NCBI GenBank assembly: GCA_037444825.1 | Contig: JBBILR010000001.1 | Location: 11,879 to 75,878 of the forward strand | From: Acidobacteriota bacterium | GTDB taxonomy: Bacteria; Acidobacteriota; UBA4820; DSQY01 | Reading direction: 5' to 3' | Length of the DNA: 64,000 bases | Shown: positions 50,150 to 58,713 of the stretch, one piece after another | How positions within the stretch are numbered: the stretch's first letter is position 1 | Layout: each line of letters starts with the position of its first letter | Translations under genes and position numbers: made by a program | Notes under the pieces: generated by a model | Told to the model about the DNA's origin: nothing | Seen by the model: only the letters and a program-made list of their open reading frames with translations | Database searches by the model: none

Positions 50150-50445
50150 CCGGATTCACGTGGCCCCGTTTCTGGCTCGTCCTGGGCTTCGTGGCCCAAG
50201 GGGCCTTCTTCATGCGCTTCGTGGTCCAGTGGATCGCCAGCGAGCGGAAGAAGCGGAGCGTCGTCCCCATCGCCTTCTGGTACTTCAGCGTCGTGGGCGG
50301 CGTCCTCCTTCTGGCCTACTCCATCTACCGAAAGGACCCGGTCTTCATCGTGGGGCAGGCCACGGGGCTCTTCATCTATGCGAGGAACCTCATGCTGATT
50401 TTCCGGCGGAAGGGCCGGGGAATCCCCCCCTCCGCCGGGGAGTGA
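50146..50445 (+). CDS. small membrane protein with lipid-A-disaccharide synthase N-terminal-like (LAB_N, PF07578) domain
   Basis: VTGFTWPRFWLVLGFVAQGAFFMRFVVQWIASERKKRSVVPIAFWYFSVVGGVLLLAYSIYRKDPVFIVGQATGLFIYARNL. It starts at GTG overlapping the previous stop (GTGA), with AGAGGAG upstream. Confidence 0.65.
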   Translation: MTGFTWPRFWLVLGFVAQGAFFMRFVVQWIASERKKRSVVPIAFWYFSVVGGVLLLAYSIYRKDPVFIVGQATGLFIYARNLMLIFRRKGRGIPPSAGE

Positions 50446-50448
50446 GCG

Positions 50449-52035
50449 GTGGAGCGGCGGCGCCCCCTCCTGGTCCTGCTCCTCTGCGCCGCGGTGTGGG
50501 CTTCCCTGATCCCCGCCCGTGGGGTCTGGGCCCCCGACGAGGCCCGCTACGCGGTGGTGGCGAGAGAGATGAAGGAAGCGGGCCGCCTTCTGGTGCCCCT
50601 TCTCAACGGCGAAACCTACACGCAGAAGCCTCCCCTCTTTTTCGACCTCGTTCAGCTGGCCTCCGCCCTGTCGGAGGGGGTGCCCGAGTGGGCCGTGAAG
50701 GCGCCGAGCCTGCTGGGCGGACTTCTGACCCTCCTCTTCACGGCCCTCATCGCCGTCCGCCTGCTGGGCCCGCGGGGCGCCTGGCTGGCCCCCCTCCTTC
50801 TGGGGAGTTTCTTCAAGTTCGGCTGGCAGGCCCAGTTCGGCCAGATCGACATGGTCCTGACCGCCCTCGTCACGGGGCAGATCGCCTTGGGCCTCCGGTT
50901 GGGGGCGGGGCAGGGGAACCGCCGGCTGGGGATCGCGGTCCTCTCCCTTCTGGCCTTCCTGGGGGTCCTGGCCAAAGGGGCCGTGGGGTGCCTTCTGCCG
51001 TGGCTGGTTCTTCTGGCCTGGTTTCTCGCCCGAAGGGACCTCGCCGGCCTGAGACGAACGGGGCTGGGCTGGGCGGCGGGCTGGACGGTGCTCCTCACCG
51101 CCCTCTGGCTCGCCGCCGCGGGCCTTCAGGCCGGGTGGGACTACCCCCGGGCCCTGGTCTTCAAGCAATCGGTCCAGCGGTACCTGGAGCCTTGGCACCA
51201 CAAAGCCCCGCCTTACTACTACCTCGGGGTCCTGCTGGCGGACGGCCTTCCTTTCTCCCTCCTCCTGGTCCCCCTGGCGGCCCCCCTGCTCCGCCGGAAG
51301 ACGTGGCGGGAACCGGGCTCCCTCCTCCCCCTCCTATGGATGGCCGTCTACCTGGTCTTCTTTTCCCTCTCTTCGGGCAAGCGGTCGGTGTACATCCTCC
51401 CCCTCTTCCCCGGCCTGGCCCTCCTCCTGGCCCACGGCCTCCTGAACCTGGACCTGGGGCGCTGGCCCCGGAGAGGCTTCGTCCTGGCCTACGCCGTCCT
51501 TGCGGGGCTCTTCGCCGTCCTCTCCGCCGCGGCCTTCTGGAAGGTTCCGGAGGCGTACCGGACCCTCCTGCCCTACCTGTCGGGGGGGGGGATCTTGCTG
51601 GCGGCGGGGGCCGCGGCGGCGTCCTGGTGGACCTTCCGGGGCCGGGCCGTGGCGGGTGCCGCCGTCCTGGCCGGCGCGTCCCTCCTCTTCGTGCCGGCGA
51701 CGGTGGTCCCCGCGGCCGCCCGCCTGGACCGGGCCAAGGCCCCCCGGGCCCTGGCCCGGGCGGCCCGGCCCGTCCTCGAGGCGGGAGGAACGCTGGCGGT
51801 CTTTCCCTCCCTGGTCCCCTCGGTGAACTACTACGCGGGGGCGAGGACGCCGGTCTTCGGAAAGGGGGAGCGGGCGTCGGCCGAAGGCTACCTCCGGGGA
51901 GGGGAGGGGAGGATTCTCCTCGTCCGCGAGGCGGACTGGGGGGAAGCCGGTTCGTTTCCGGTGCGTTGGGAGGGAACCATCGGGGACGACCGCTACCTGC
52001 TGCTGGCCTCTCCCGGCGCCCCGCCGGCCCCCTGA
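50449..52035 (+). CDS. family 39 glycosyltransferase (ArnT / PMT_2-like polyprenyl-phosphate-sugar:acceptor transferase)
   Basis: GVWAPDEARYAVVAREMKEAGRLLVPLLNGETYTQKPPLFF is the ArnT/PMT signature loop. It has about 12 TM segments. Confidence 0.85.
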   Translation: MERRRPLLVLLLCAAVWASLIPARGVWAPDEARYAVVAREMKEAGRLLVPLLNGETYTQKPPLFFDLVQLASALSEGVPEWAVKAPSLLGGLLTLLFTALIAVRLLGPRGAWLAPLLLGSFFKFGWQAQFGQIDMVLTALVTGQIALGLRLGAGQGNRRLGIAVLSLLAFLGVLAKGAVGCLLPWLVLLAWFLARRDLAGLRRTGLGWAAGWTVLLTALWLAAAGLQAGWDYPRALVFKQSVQRYLEPWHHKAPPYYYLGVLLADGLPFSLLLVPLAAPLLRRKTWREPGSLLPLLWMAVYLVFFSLSSGKRSVYILPLFPGLALLLAHGLLNLDLGRWPRRGFVLAYAVLAGLFAVLSAAAFWKVPEAYRTLLPYLSGGGILLAAGAAAASWWTFRGRAVAGAAVLAGASLLFVPATVVPAAARLDRAKAPRALARAARPVLEAGGTLAVFPSLVPSVNYYAGARTPVFGKGERASAEGYLRGGEGRILLVREADWGEAGSFPVRWEGTIGDDRYLLLASPGAPPAP

Positions 52036-52400
52036 GGCGGGCCGCCCCCGGTCACCCGGCCGATGACGGCCAGGAGGTCTCCCATGGAAAAGGGCTTGAG
52101 GAGGTACGCGGAGGCTCCCGCCTCCACGGCCGCCCGCCGGTCCTCGTCCAGGGTCTTGGCGGAGACGGCCACCACGGGGGGCAGCGGACGGCCCAGGAGG
52201 CGGAGGGCCTTCAGGACCTCCAGTCCGTCGAAGTCCGGCATGCGGATGTCCAGAAGGATGAGGTCGGGAGCGAAGCGCCCCACCTCCGCGAGGACCTCCC
52301 GGCCGTCGCCGGTGCAGAGGACTTCGTGGCCTTCCCCCTCCAGCACCGAGGTGAGGAGTTCCCGGATATCGGCGTTGTCGTCGCAGACGAGGATGCGCAT
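51993..52400 (-). CDS. stand-alone CheY-like response regulator receiver
   Basis: MRILVCDDNADIRELLTSVLEGEGHEVLCTGDGREVLAEVGRFAPDLILLDIRMPDFDGLEVLKAL. GGGGGGAGG is upstream. It overlaps the 3' end of the convergent GT39 gene by about 43 nt. Confidence 0.8.
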   Translation of the reverse strand: MRILVCDDNADIRELLTSVLEGEGHEVLCTGDGREVLAEVGRFAPDLILLDIRMPDFDGLEVLKALRLLGRPLPPVVAVSAKTLDEDRRAAVEAGASAYLLKPFSMGDLLAVIGRVTGGGPPQGAGGAPGEASSR

Positions 52401-52541
52401 CCGGTACCTCCCCCCGAATCCCCGACGCCAAGATAGGCCTCCGGCGGTTCTTCCGTCAAGGCCGGCGGAAGCACGGCCTCCGAAGACCTGGAGAAACCCG
52501 GGGAGCATATGGATTCGGCGGAGAAAGGCCCCACCCGGCGC

Positions 52542-53339
52542 CTAGAGCCCCGCGAGATCCGCCAGGGTCCGGACCTCCCGGCTCTCCCGGGCCCTTTCGA
52601 TCAACCGAAAGAGGATCCTTCCCGTGACGCGGGCGTCGTCCAGGGCCCGGTGGCGGGCCTTAAAGGAGAGGCCGAAGCGAAAGGCCAGGGCGTCCAGGCT
52701 CTTGGGCTCCGAACGGGGGAGCAGTCTTTTGGCCAGCCAAAGCGTGCAGAGGCGCCCCCGGAGGGGCGGGAGGGGGGCGGGAAGCCGCTCCGCCTCGGCC
52801 TGAAGGATTCTCCCGTCGAAGGGCAGGTTGTGGGCCGCCAGAACCCGCCCGCTCAGCACCGCCTCCAGCCGGGGCCAGAGGGCGGCGAAAGAGGGCGCCC
52901 CCTGGAGGTGTCTCTCCGTGATCCCCGTCAGCCGAACCACGAAGGGGGAAAGGGGGGTTCCGGGGTCCACCAGGCTGGAGAAAGAGGTCACCTCTTTCCC
53001 CGCCCGGAAGACGGCCACCCCCACCTCGATGGCCCGCTCGGGGGAGCTCAGGCCATTGGTCTCGAAGTCCAGGACGGCGAATTCCGCCTCCTCGAGGGAG
53101 GTCGGGGGAGGAGGGGCCTTGGGGCGGAGGAGGACCTTCCCCGCCTCCACCAAGAAGCGGCCGTCCCTTTCCAGCAGAGCCTCGAGGACCTTCGGGCCCA
53201 ACGGCCCCCTTCCGCAGCGGAGGCAAAGGTCCGCCGCTTCCGGCAGGGGCAGGGAACTCCCCGGCCGGGCCCCCAGAAAGGCTTCCAGGCGGTCGAGGGG
53301 GTCCCTGGGGGTGCCTTCCATGAAATTGACTCCCGGCAA
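52542..53339 (-). CDS. DnaQ-like 3'-5' exonuclease (DEDD family, Pol III epsilon-like), stand-alone
   Basis: AVLDFETNGL is Exo I. LAAHNLPFDGRIL is Exo II. RHRALDDARVTG is Exo III (YxxxD variant H..D). Confidence 0.8.
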   Translation of the reverse strand: MPGVNFMEGTPRDPLDRLEAFLGARPGSSLPLPEAADLCLRCGRGPLGPKVLEALLERDGRFLVEAGKVLLRPKAPPPPTSLEEAEFAVLDFETNGLSSPERAIEVGVAVFRAGKEVTSFSSLVDPGTPLSPFVVRLTGITERHLQGAPSFAALWPRLEAVLSGRVLAAHNLPFDGRILQAEAERLPAPLPPLRGRLCTLWLAKRLLPRSEPKSLDALAFRFGLSFKARHRALDDARVTGRILFRLIERARESREVRTLADLAGL

Positions 53340-53375
53340 GGGGGCATAGTAGCATGGGACCGCTGGAGGACGGCC

Positions 53376-53885
53376 ATGGGCGATTTTTCCGAATTGCTCG
53401 TCAAAATCCCGCTGTTGCAGGGCCTGGAACCCGAGGAGTTCGAGCGGGTCGCCCGGCGCTTCCAGGTGGAGAACTTCCCTTCCGGGACGGCGATCCTCGA
53501 GCAGGGCTACGGCGGCATGAAGCTCTTCGTCCTGGCGGAGGGCAAGACCCGGATCTACCGCACTCTCAACGGCTCCCGCGTGGTCATCACCACCCTGGAA
53601 CCGCCGGAAACCTTCGGCGAGGTGAGCATCCTCGACGGCGACCCCGCCAGCGCCACGGTGGAGGCGGAGACGGACGTGGTGGTCCTCACGCTGACCCGGG
53701 ATGACTTCTATGCCCTCATGGAATCGAGCCCGACTCTGGCGGCCAGGGTCTACCGGAACCTGCTGAGGACCCTCTGCCAGCGGCTCCGCACCACCACCAA
53801 CCAGGTGCAGGACTACTTCGCCATCAACAAGGCCCTGTGCGAAAACGAAAGCTTCCGGAACTTCTACAAGCTGTTCTGCTCGTGA
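53376..53885 (+). CDS. stand-alone cyclic-nucleotide-binding domain protein (169 aa, no DNA-binding domain)
   Basis: MGDFSELLVKIPLLQGLEPEEFERVARRFQVENFPSGTAILEQGYGGMKLFVLAEGKTRIY...FGEVSILDGDPASATVEAETDVVVL. Confidence 0.8.
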   Translation: MGDFSELLVKIPLLQGLEPEEFERVARRFQVENFPSGTAILEQGYGGMKLFVLAEGKTRIYRTLNGSRVVITTLEPPETFGEVSILDGDPASATVEAETDVVVLTLTRDDFYALMESSPTLAARVYRNLLRTLCQRLRTTTNQVQDYFAINKALCENESFRNFYKLFCS

Positions 53886-56410
53886 AACGACTCCCCCGGG
53901 GTCTTCGCACCTCCTTGCTCCTCCTCCTGGCCGGAACGGCGGCCGGCATGGCCGTGGGCCTCTACCTCACCCGCGACATCCCCGAGGTGGAGAGCCTCCA
54001 GTTCGCCACGCCGCGGCAGATGACCCGCATCTACACCCGGGACGGCCGGGTCCTCCAGGAGTACGGTCCCGAAAAGCGGGTGGTGGTCCGCTTCGAGGAG
54101 GTCTCCCCCAACTTCTTCAAGGCCCTCCTGGCCGTGGAGGACGCCGATTTCTACCGGCACCACGGCTTTTCGGTGAAGGCGATCTTTCGGGCGGTCCTCA
54201 CCGACCTCCTCCACCGCAAAGCCCGGCAAGGGGGGAGCACCCTCACCCAGCAGCTGGCCCGGAAGTACTTTCTCACCGACGAGAAGACGCTGGTGCGGAA
54301 GATCCGGGAACTGATCCTGGCGGTGAACATCGAATCCCGCTTCACCAAACAGCAGATCCTGGAGATGTACGCCAACAAGGTCTGCTTCGGGGGCGCCTAC
54401 TACGGCGTGGAGGCCAGCGCCCGGCACTTCTTCAACAAACGGGCCAAGGACCTGACCATCCCCGAGGCGGCCCTGCTGGCGGGGCTCGTGCAAAGGCCCT
54501 CCTACTACTCTCCGCGGAGCCACCCCGAGCGGGCCCTCCAGCGCCGGAACGTGGTCCTGGCCCGCATGCGGGACACGGGGGCCATCACCCCCGCCCAGTA
54601 CGAGGCCTTTTCCAAGGCGCCCCTGGGCCTCTCCGAGTCGGTGGTGGAGGTCCAGCGGCTGGGGGATTACGTGGCGGAGCAGGTCCGCCAGTACCTCGAG
54701 GAAAAGTACGGAGGGGAGCAGCTCTACGAGAGGGGCCTTCAGGTCCACACCACCATCGACCCCGCCCTCCAAGCCTTGGCGGAAAAGGCCGTCAGGGAAG
54801 GCCTCCACGAGTACGCCCGCCGGCGCGGCTACAAGGGGCCCCAGCGGGGCGAGAAGGCCCCTCCCGAGTACGACGGGCCGGACCTCCAGGCGGGGATGCG
54901 GGTCTGGGCCACCGTCACCGCCTCCGCGCCGGCCCTCCTCACCCTGCGGCTGGGAAGCCGCCGGGTGGAGGTGGGTCCCGAGGGCTGGAAATGGACCGGG
55001 ATCCAGCACCCCGAGCGGGTCTTTCAGCCGGGAGACCGGGTCCTCCTCGACATTCTGGACACGGGCCCCCCGGTGAAGGCGGAGGTGGAGCAGGCCCCCA
55101 TCGCCCAGGGGGCCCTGGTGGCCGTGAACCCCCACACCGGCGAGGTCCTGGCCATGGTGGGGGGGTACAACTTCGCCTCCTCCATGTTCGACCGGGCGCT
55201 CCAGGCCCGGCGGCAGACCGGCTCCGCCGTGAAGCCCCTCGTCTACGCCACAGCCCTCACGGAGGGAAAGACCCTGGCGGACACGGTGGTGGACACCCCC
55301 TTCCTTTTCCTCACCGGGCGGGAGCGGGCGGAACGTCTCTGCGAGGAAGGCTACATCCCCCGGGACTTCGACAAGGATTTTCTGGGCAAGATCACCTACC
55401 GGCGGGCCCTGGAGCACTCCGTGAACATCGCCGCCGTCCAGGTCCTGGACGAGACCGGCTACCGGCCGGTCATGGAAAACATGCGGCTCCTGGGCATCAC
55501 CACCGACCTGAAGCCCTACCCTTCCATGGCCCTGGGGGCCTTCGAGATCAGCCTCTTCGAACTGGCCGGGGCCTTCACGGCCTTCGACAACGGCGGGATC
55601 TACGTCCAGCCGCGCTTCATCCAGCGCATCTCCGACGCCGACGGCAACGTGCTGGAGGAGGTCCGGTCGGTGAGCCGCATGGTCTGGGACCCCCGGGTGG
55701 CCTTCCTCATGGTCCAGGCCATGCGGGGGGTCGTCCAGAGGGGCACCGCCGCCTCCCTGGCGGACATGGCGGGGAACTTCGCGGGAAAGACCGGAACCAC
55801 CAACAACTACACCGACTCCTGGTTCATGGGCTTCAACCCCGCCCTCCTCTGCGGCGTCTGGGCGGGGCGGGACGACCACAAGCCCCTGGGAAACCTGGAG
55901 ACGGGCTCCCGGGTGGCCCTTCCCATCTGGCGACGCTTCATGGAGGAGGCCACCCGGGGGCAGGAGAGCCTGGACTGGACCGTCCCCGAGGGGGTGACGG
56001 CGGTGGAGGTGGACGCCGCCACCGGAAAGCGCGCCTCCCCGGGGGTTCCCTGCTCCGAGGTGCGAACCGAGTACTTTCTGGAGGGCACCGAGCCGCCCCC
56101 GTGCACCGAGGCCGACCACTTCCTCCTGCGCCTGCCCCACTTCCTCCAGTCCTACCCGGTGACGCCGGACCTGGCCCTGGAGATGCCGGCCGCCGACGCG
56201 GCCGCCTGGGCCTCCCGCTACCCTGGTACCGCCGCCTACAACGGGGGGACCCGGTTGATGGTCACCTGGGGGGGGACTACATTCCCCGTGAGGCTGGTGC
56301 TGGCCCCGCCCCGGGAGGGCCCCGTCCCCCAGGCGGTGATGCCGGGCCTGCCCCACGAGGGAGACGTGGCCTGTGGCGCCCGAACGAAGTACATCCACGA
56401 AGACCGCTGA
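53837..56410 (+). CDS. mrcA: penicillin-binding protein 1A (bifunctional glycosyltransferase/transpeptidase)
   Basis: GT51 motifs EDADFYRHHG, GGSTLTQQLAR and RKIRELILA. The TP domain has SAVKP and KTGTT. An alternative GTG start at 53882 would make a GTGA overlap with the upstream stop. Confidence 0.9.
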   Translation: MRKRKLPELLQAVLLVKRLPRGLRTSLLLLLAGTAAGMAVGLYLTRDIPEVESLQFATPRQMTRIYTRDGRVLQEYGPEKRVVVRFEEVSPNFFKALLAVEDADFYRHHGFSVKAIFRAVLTDLLHRKARQGGSTLTQQLARKYFLTDEKTLVRKIRELILAVNIESRFTKQQILEMYANKVCFGGAYYGVEASARHFFNKRAKDLTIPEAALLAGLVQRPSYYSPRSHPERALQRRNVVLARMRDTGAITPAQYEAFSKAPLGLSESVVEVQRLGDYVAEQVRQYLEEKYGGEQLYERGLQVHTTIDPALQALAEKAVREGLHEYARRRGYKGPQRGEKAPPEYDGPDLQAGMRVWATVTASAPALLTLRLGSRRVEVGPEGWKWTGIQHPERVFQPGDRVLLDILDTGPPVKAEVEQAPIAQGALVAVNPHTGEVLAMVGGYNFASSMFDRALQARRQTGSAVKPLVYATALTEGKTLADTVVDTPFLFLTGRERAERLCEEGYIPRDFDKDFLGKITYRRALEHSVNIAAVQVLDETGYRPVMENMRLLGITTDLKPYPSMALGAFEISLFELAGAFTAFDNGGIYVQPRFIQRISDADGNVLEEVRSVSRMVWDPRVAFLMVQAMRGVVQRGTAASLADMAGNFAGKTGTTNNYTDSWFMGFNPALLCGVWAGRDDHKPLGNLETGSRVALPIWRRFMEEATRGQESLDWTVPEGVTAVEVDAATGKRASPGVPCSEVRTEYFLEGTEPPPCTEADHFLLRLPHFLQSYPVTPDLALEMPAADAAAWASRYPGTAAYNGGTRLMVTWGGTTFPVRLVLAPPREGPVPQAVMPGLPHEGDVACGARTKYIHEDR

Positions 56411-57419
56411 GCCCGCCTCCAACGCCGTCCTCTGGCGCCCCCTGGAAGGGGGGCGGGTGGTCTGCGACCTCTGCGCCCACCGGTGCCGGATCCTCCCCGG
56501 GAAGGCCGGCGTCTGCCGGGTTCGGGTGAACCGGGAGGGGAGGCTCTGGAGCCTGGTGCGGAACCGGCTCCTGGCCGGCCACGTGGATCCGGTGGAGAAG
56601 AAACCCTTCTTTCACTTTCTGCCGGGGAGCCTCTCCTACTCCATCGCCACGGCGGGGTGCAACTTCCGGTGCCGCTTCTGCCAGAACTTCACCCTGAGCC
56701 AGGCGGTGCGGGACGGGGGGGTGGTTCCGGGGCGCGAGGCGGACCCGGCGTCGGTGGTGGTGGCGGCCCTCTCCACGGGGTGCCGGAGCCTCGCCTACAC
56801 GTACACCGAGCCGACCATCTTCTTCGAAACCGCCGAGGAGGTGGGCCTTCTGGCGAGGGAACGGGGCCTGAAAAACCTCTTCGTGACCAACGGCTACCTC
56901 ACCCGGGAGGCGGCGGACCGCGCCCGGTCCTTCCTGGACGGGGCCAACGTGGACCTCAAGGGCTTCGACGACGGGCGGTACCGGAAGGTCTGCGGGGCCT
57001 CCCTGAAGGGGGTTCTGGAGGGGCTGGAGGCCCTCCTGTCGGCCTCGGTCTGGGTGGAGGTGACCACCCTCGTGGTCCCGGGCCTCAACGACTCGGAGGC
57101 GGAGCTCAGGGCCATCGCCCGCCACCTCCGCTCCCTCGGGGCCCACATCCCCTGGCACGTGAGCCGCTTCCACCCCGACTACCTCATGGAGGACCGGCGC
57201 CCCACCCCCCTGTCCACCCTGGAGCGGGCCTACGAGATCGGGAAGGAGGAGGGGCTCGCCTTCGTGTACCTCGGCAACGTGCCGGGCCACCGCGGGGAAA
57301 ACACCCCCTGCCCGAAGTGTGGGACAATGGTACTGGAGCGGGTGGGCTTCACGCTCCGGAAGGCCCCGCCCGGCGGACGGTGCGGCCGCTGCGGGAGCCC
57401 CATTCCGGGGGTTTTCTAA
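56373..57419 (+). CDS. AmmeMemoRadiSam system radical SAM enzyme, second paralog (no signal peptide)
   Basis: VLWRPLEGGRVVCDLCAHRCRILPGKAGVCRVRVNREGRLW...CNFRCRFCQNF...CPKCGTMV...CGRCGSP aligns along its whole length with the core of the 26311-27519 protein. GTG start, approximate. Confidence 0.8.
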   Translation: MAPERSTSTKTAEPASNAVLWRPLEGGRVVCDLCAHRCRILPGKAGVCRVRVNREGRLWSLVRNRLLAGHVDPVEKKPFFHFLPGSLSYSIATAGCNFRCRFCQNFTLSQAVRDGGVVPGREADPASVVVAALSTGCRSLAYTYTEPTIFFETAEEVGLLARERGLKNLFVTNGYLTREAADRARSFLDGANVDLKGFDDGRYRKVCGASLKGVLEGLEALLSASVWVEVTTLVVPGLNDSEAELRAIARHLRSLGAHIPWHVSRFHPDYLMEDRRPTPLSTLERAYEIGKEEGLAFVYLGNVPGHRGENTPCPKCGTMVLERVGFTLRKAPPGGRCGRCGSPIPGVF

Positions 57420-57442
57420 GACCCCCACAGGGAGAACGCTTC

Positions 57443-57859
57443 ATGGCCTTCGGAACCCAGCGGACGGACGGCGACCCCGTTTCGGACATCAACGTGACCC
57501 CCCTGGTGGACGTCATGCTGGTCCTGTTGGTGATCTTCATGATCACGACCCCCCTCTTCGAGCGGGGGATCGACGTCAACCTCCCCCAGACCCAGACCAG
57601 CAACATCAGCGGCTCCGAGCGGGTGATCCTCACCATCCCGAAGGACCGGAACTACATCTATTTCAACAGCCAGCCGGTGAACCGGGCCCTCATGAAGAGC
57701 TACCTCCAGCAGATCTTCCGGACGCGGAGCGACAAGACCGTCTATCTCTTCGCCGACAAGGCGGTTCCCTACGGGGACGTGCTTTCGGTGATGGACGAGG
57801 TGAAGCAGGCGGGCATCGAGACGGTGGGTCTGGCCACGGAGCCGCCGTCGTCCCGCTGA
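57443..57859 (+). CDS. exbD: biopolymer transport protein ExbD/TolR
   Basis: INVTPLVDVMLVLLVIFMITTP is the TM segment. The periplasmic domain is ILTIPKDRNYIYFNSQPV...VYLFADKAVPYGDVLSVMDEVKQAGIETVGL. GGGAGA is upstream. Confidence 0.85.
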   Translation: MAFGTQRTDGDPVSDINVTPLVDVMLVLLVIFMITTPLFERGIDVNLPQTQTSNISGSERVILTIPKDRNYIYFNSQPVNRALMKSYLQQIFRTRSDKTVYLFADKAVPYGDVLSVMDEVKQAGIETVGLATEPPSSR

Positions 57860-57874
57860 CGGGGGAGGGAGACC

Positions 57875-58681
57875 ATGGCCCAGGGGGCAGCGGGCCCGCC
57901 GGCCGGACGGCCCGTTCCGCCGCACGGCGCCCGCACCGTGCCGGCCCTGCGCACCCCCGTCCTCCGCGAGTCGGGACGGGGGAGGCTGAGACCCCCCTCC
58001 GTGCGCCCCAACGACGGCCTTCCCGTGGCCTTGGTGGTCTCCGTGGGCCTCCATGCGGCCCTCTTCGCCGCGGTGGCGCTTCACCCCGTCATGAGCCAGA
58101 AGCCCCGCTTTCCCGACGCCATGAGGGTCCGTCTGGTGGACCTTCCCGCGGGGCGGGGCGGGGCCTTGGAGGGAACGCCGGGGCGTTCCGCGGAGCCGGC
58201 GCCGCGCCTGCCGGAGCCTCCGAAGCCCAAGAACCCCAAGACCACCCTTCCCGGGAAGGCGGAGCCTCCCAAGAGCGGGGGGGAGTCGCCGGTTCGGTCC
58301 GGACGGGCGGGAAAGGCCGTGGGACTGGGGGGAGAGGGGGCTCCGGGGCTCGGCGGAAAGGCCGCCGGCCTCCTGCTCGACGAGCCCACCTTCGAGTACG
58401 AGTGGTACAAGGCCCGACTGGAAGACCTCCTGAAATCCAACTGGAAGAAGCCGGTGGTGGACAGCCGGAAGGCCGTCACCGCTTCGGTGCACTTCGTGAT
58501 CACCGCCCAAGGGGACGCCCAGAACGTGGAGATCGTCTCCTCGTCGGGCCTTCCTCTCTTCGACCAGAGCGTGTTGCAGGCGGTGTACGGCTCCGCCCCC
58601 TTCCCACGCTTCCCGCCGGCCTACAAGAACCCCACGCTGGGCGTTTTGTACACCTTCGAGCTGCTGCCGGAAAAGAAGTGA
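57875..58681 (+). CDS. tonB: TonB family energy transducer
   Basis: It has a TM anchor, a Pro-rich PEPPKPKNPK spacer, and the C-terminal TonB domain WYKARLEDLLKSNWKKP...VHFVITAQGDAQNVEIVSSSG. Confidence 0.8.
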   Translation: MAQGAAGPPAGRPVPPHGARTVPALRTPVLRESGRGRLRPPSVRPNDGLPVALVVSVGLHAALFAAVALHPVMSQKPRFPDAMRVRLVDLPAGRGGALEGTPGRSAEPAPRLPEPPKPKNPKTTLPGKAEPPKSGGESPVRSGRAGKAVGLGGEGAPGLGGKAAGLLLDEPTFEYEWYKARLEDLLKSNWKKPVVDSRKAVTASVHFVITAQGDAQNVEIVSSSGLPLFDQSVLQAVYGSAPFPRFPPAYKNPTLGVLYTFELLPEKK

Positions 58682-58703
58682 GGGCCGGGGTCTCCCCCGG
58701 CCC
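58682..58703. terminator. bidirectional terminator hairpin GGGCCGGGG-TCTC-CCCCGGCCC between convergent tonB and blaR1-like genes (minus side followed by TCACTTCTTTTCC)
   Basis: Read directly from the sequence. Confidence 0.55.
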
Positions 58704-58713
58704 TCTGCGTGGC

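Noticed and set aside
50160-52436. 758-aa plus ORF overlapping the GT39 gene in another frame
   Set aside because: The GT39 frame has the diagnostic ArnT loop and 12 TM helices. This frame is Gly/Pro/Arg junk.
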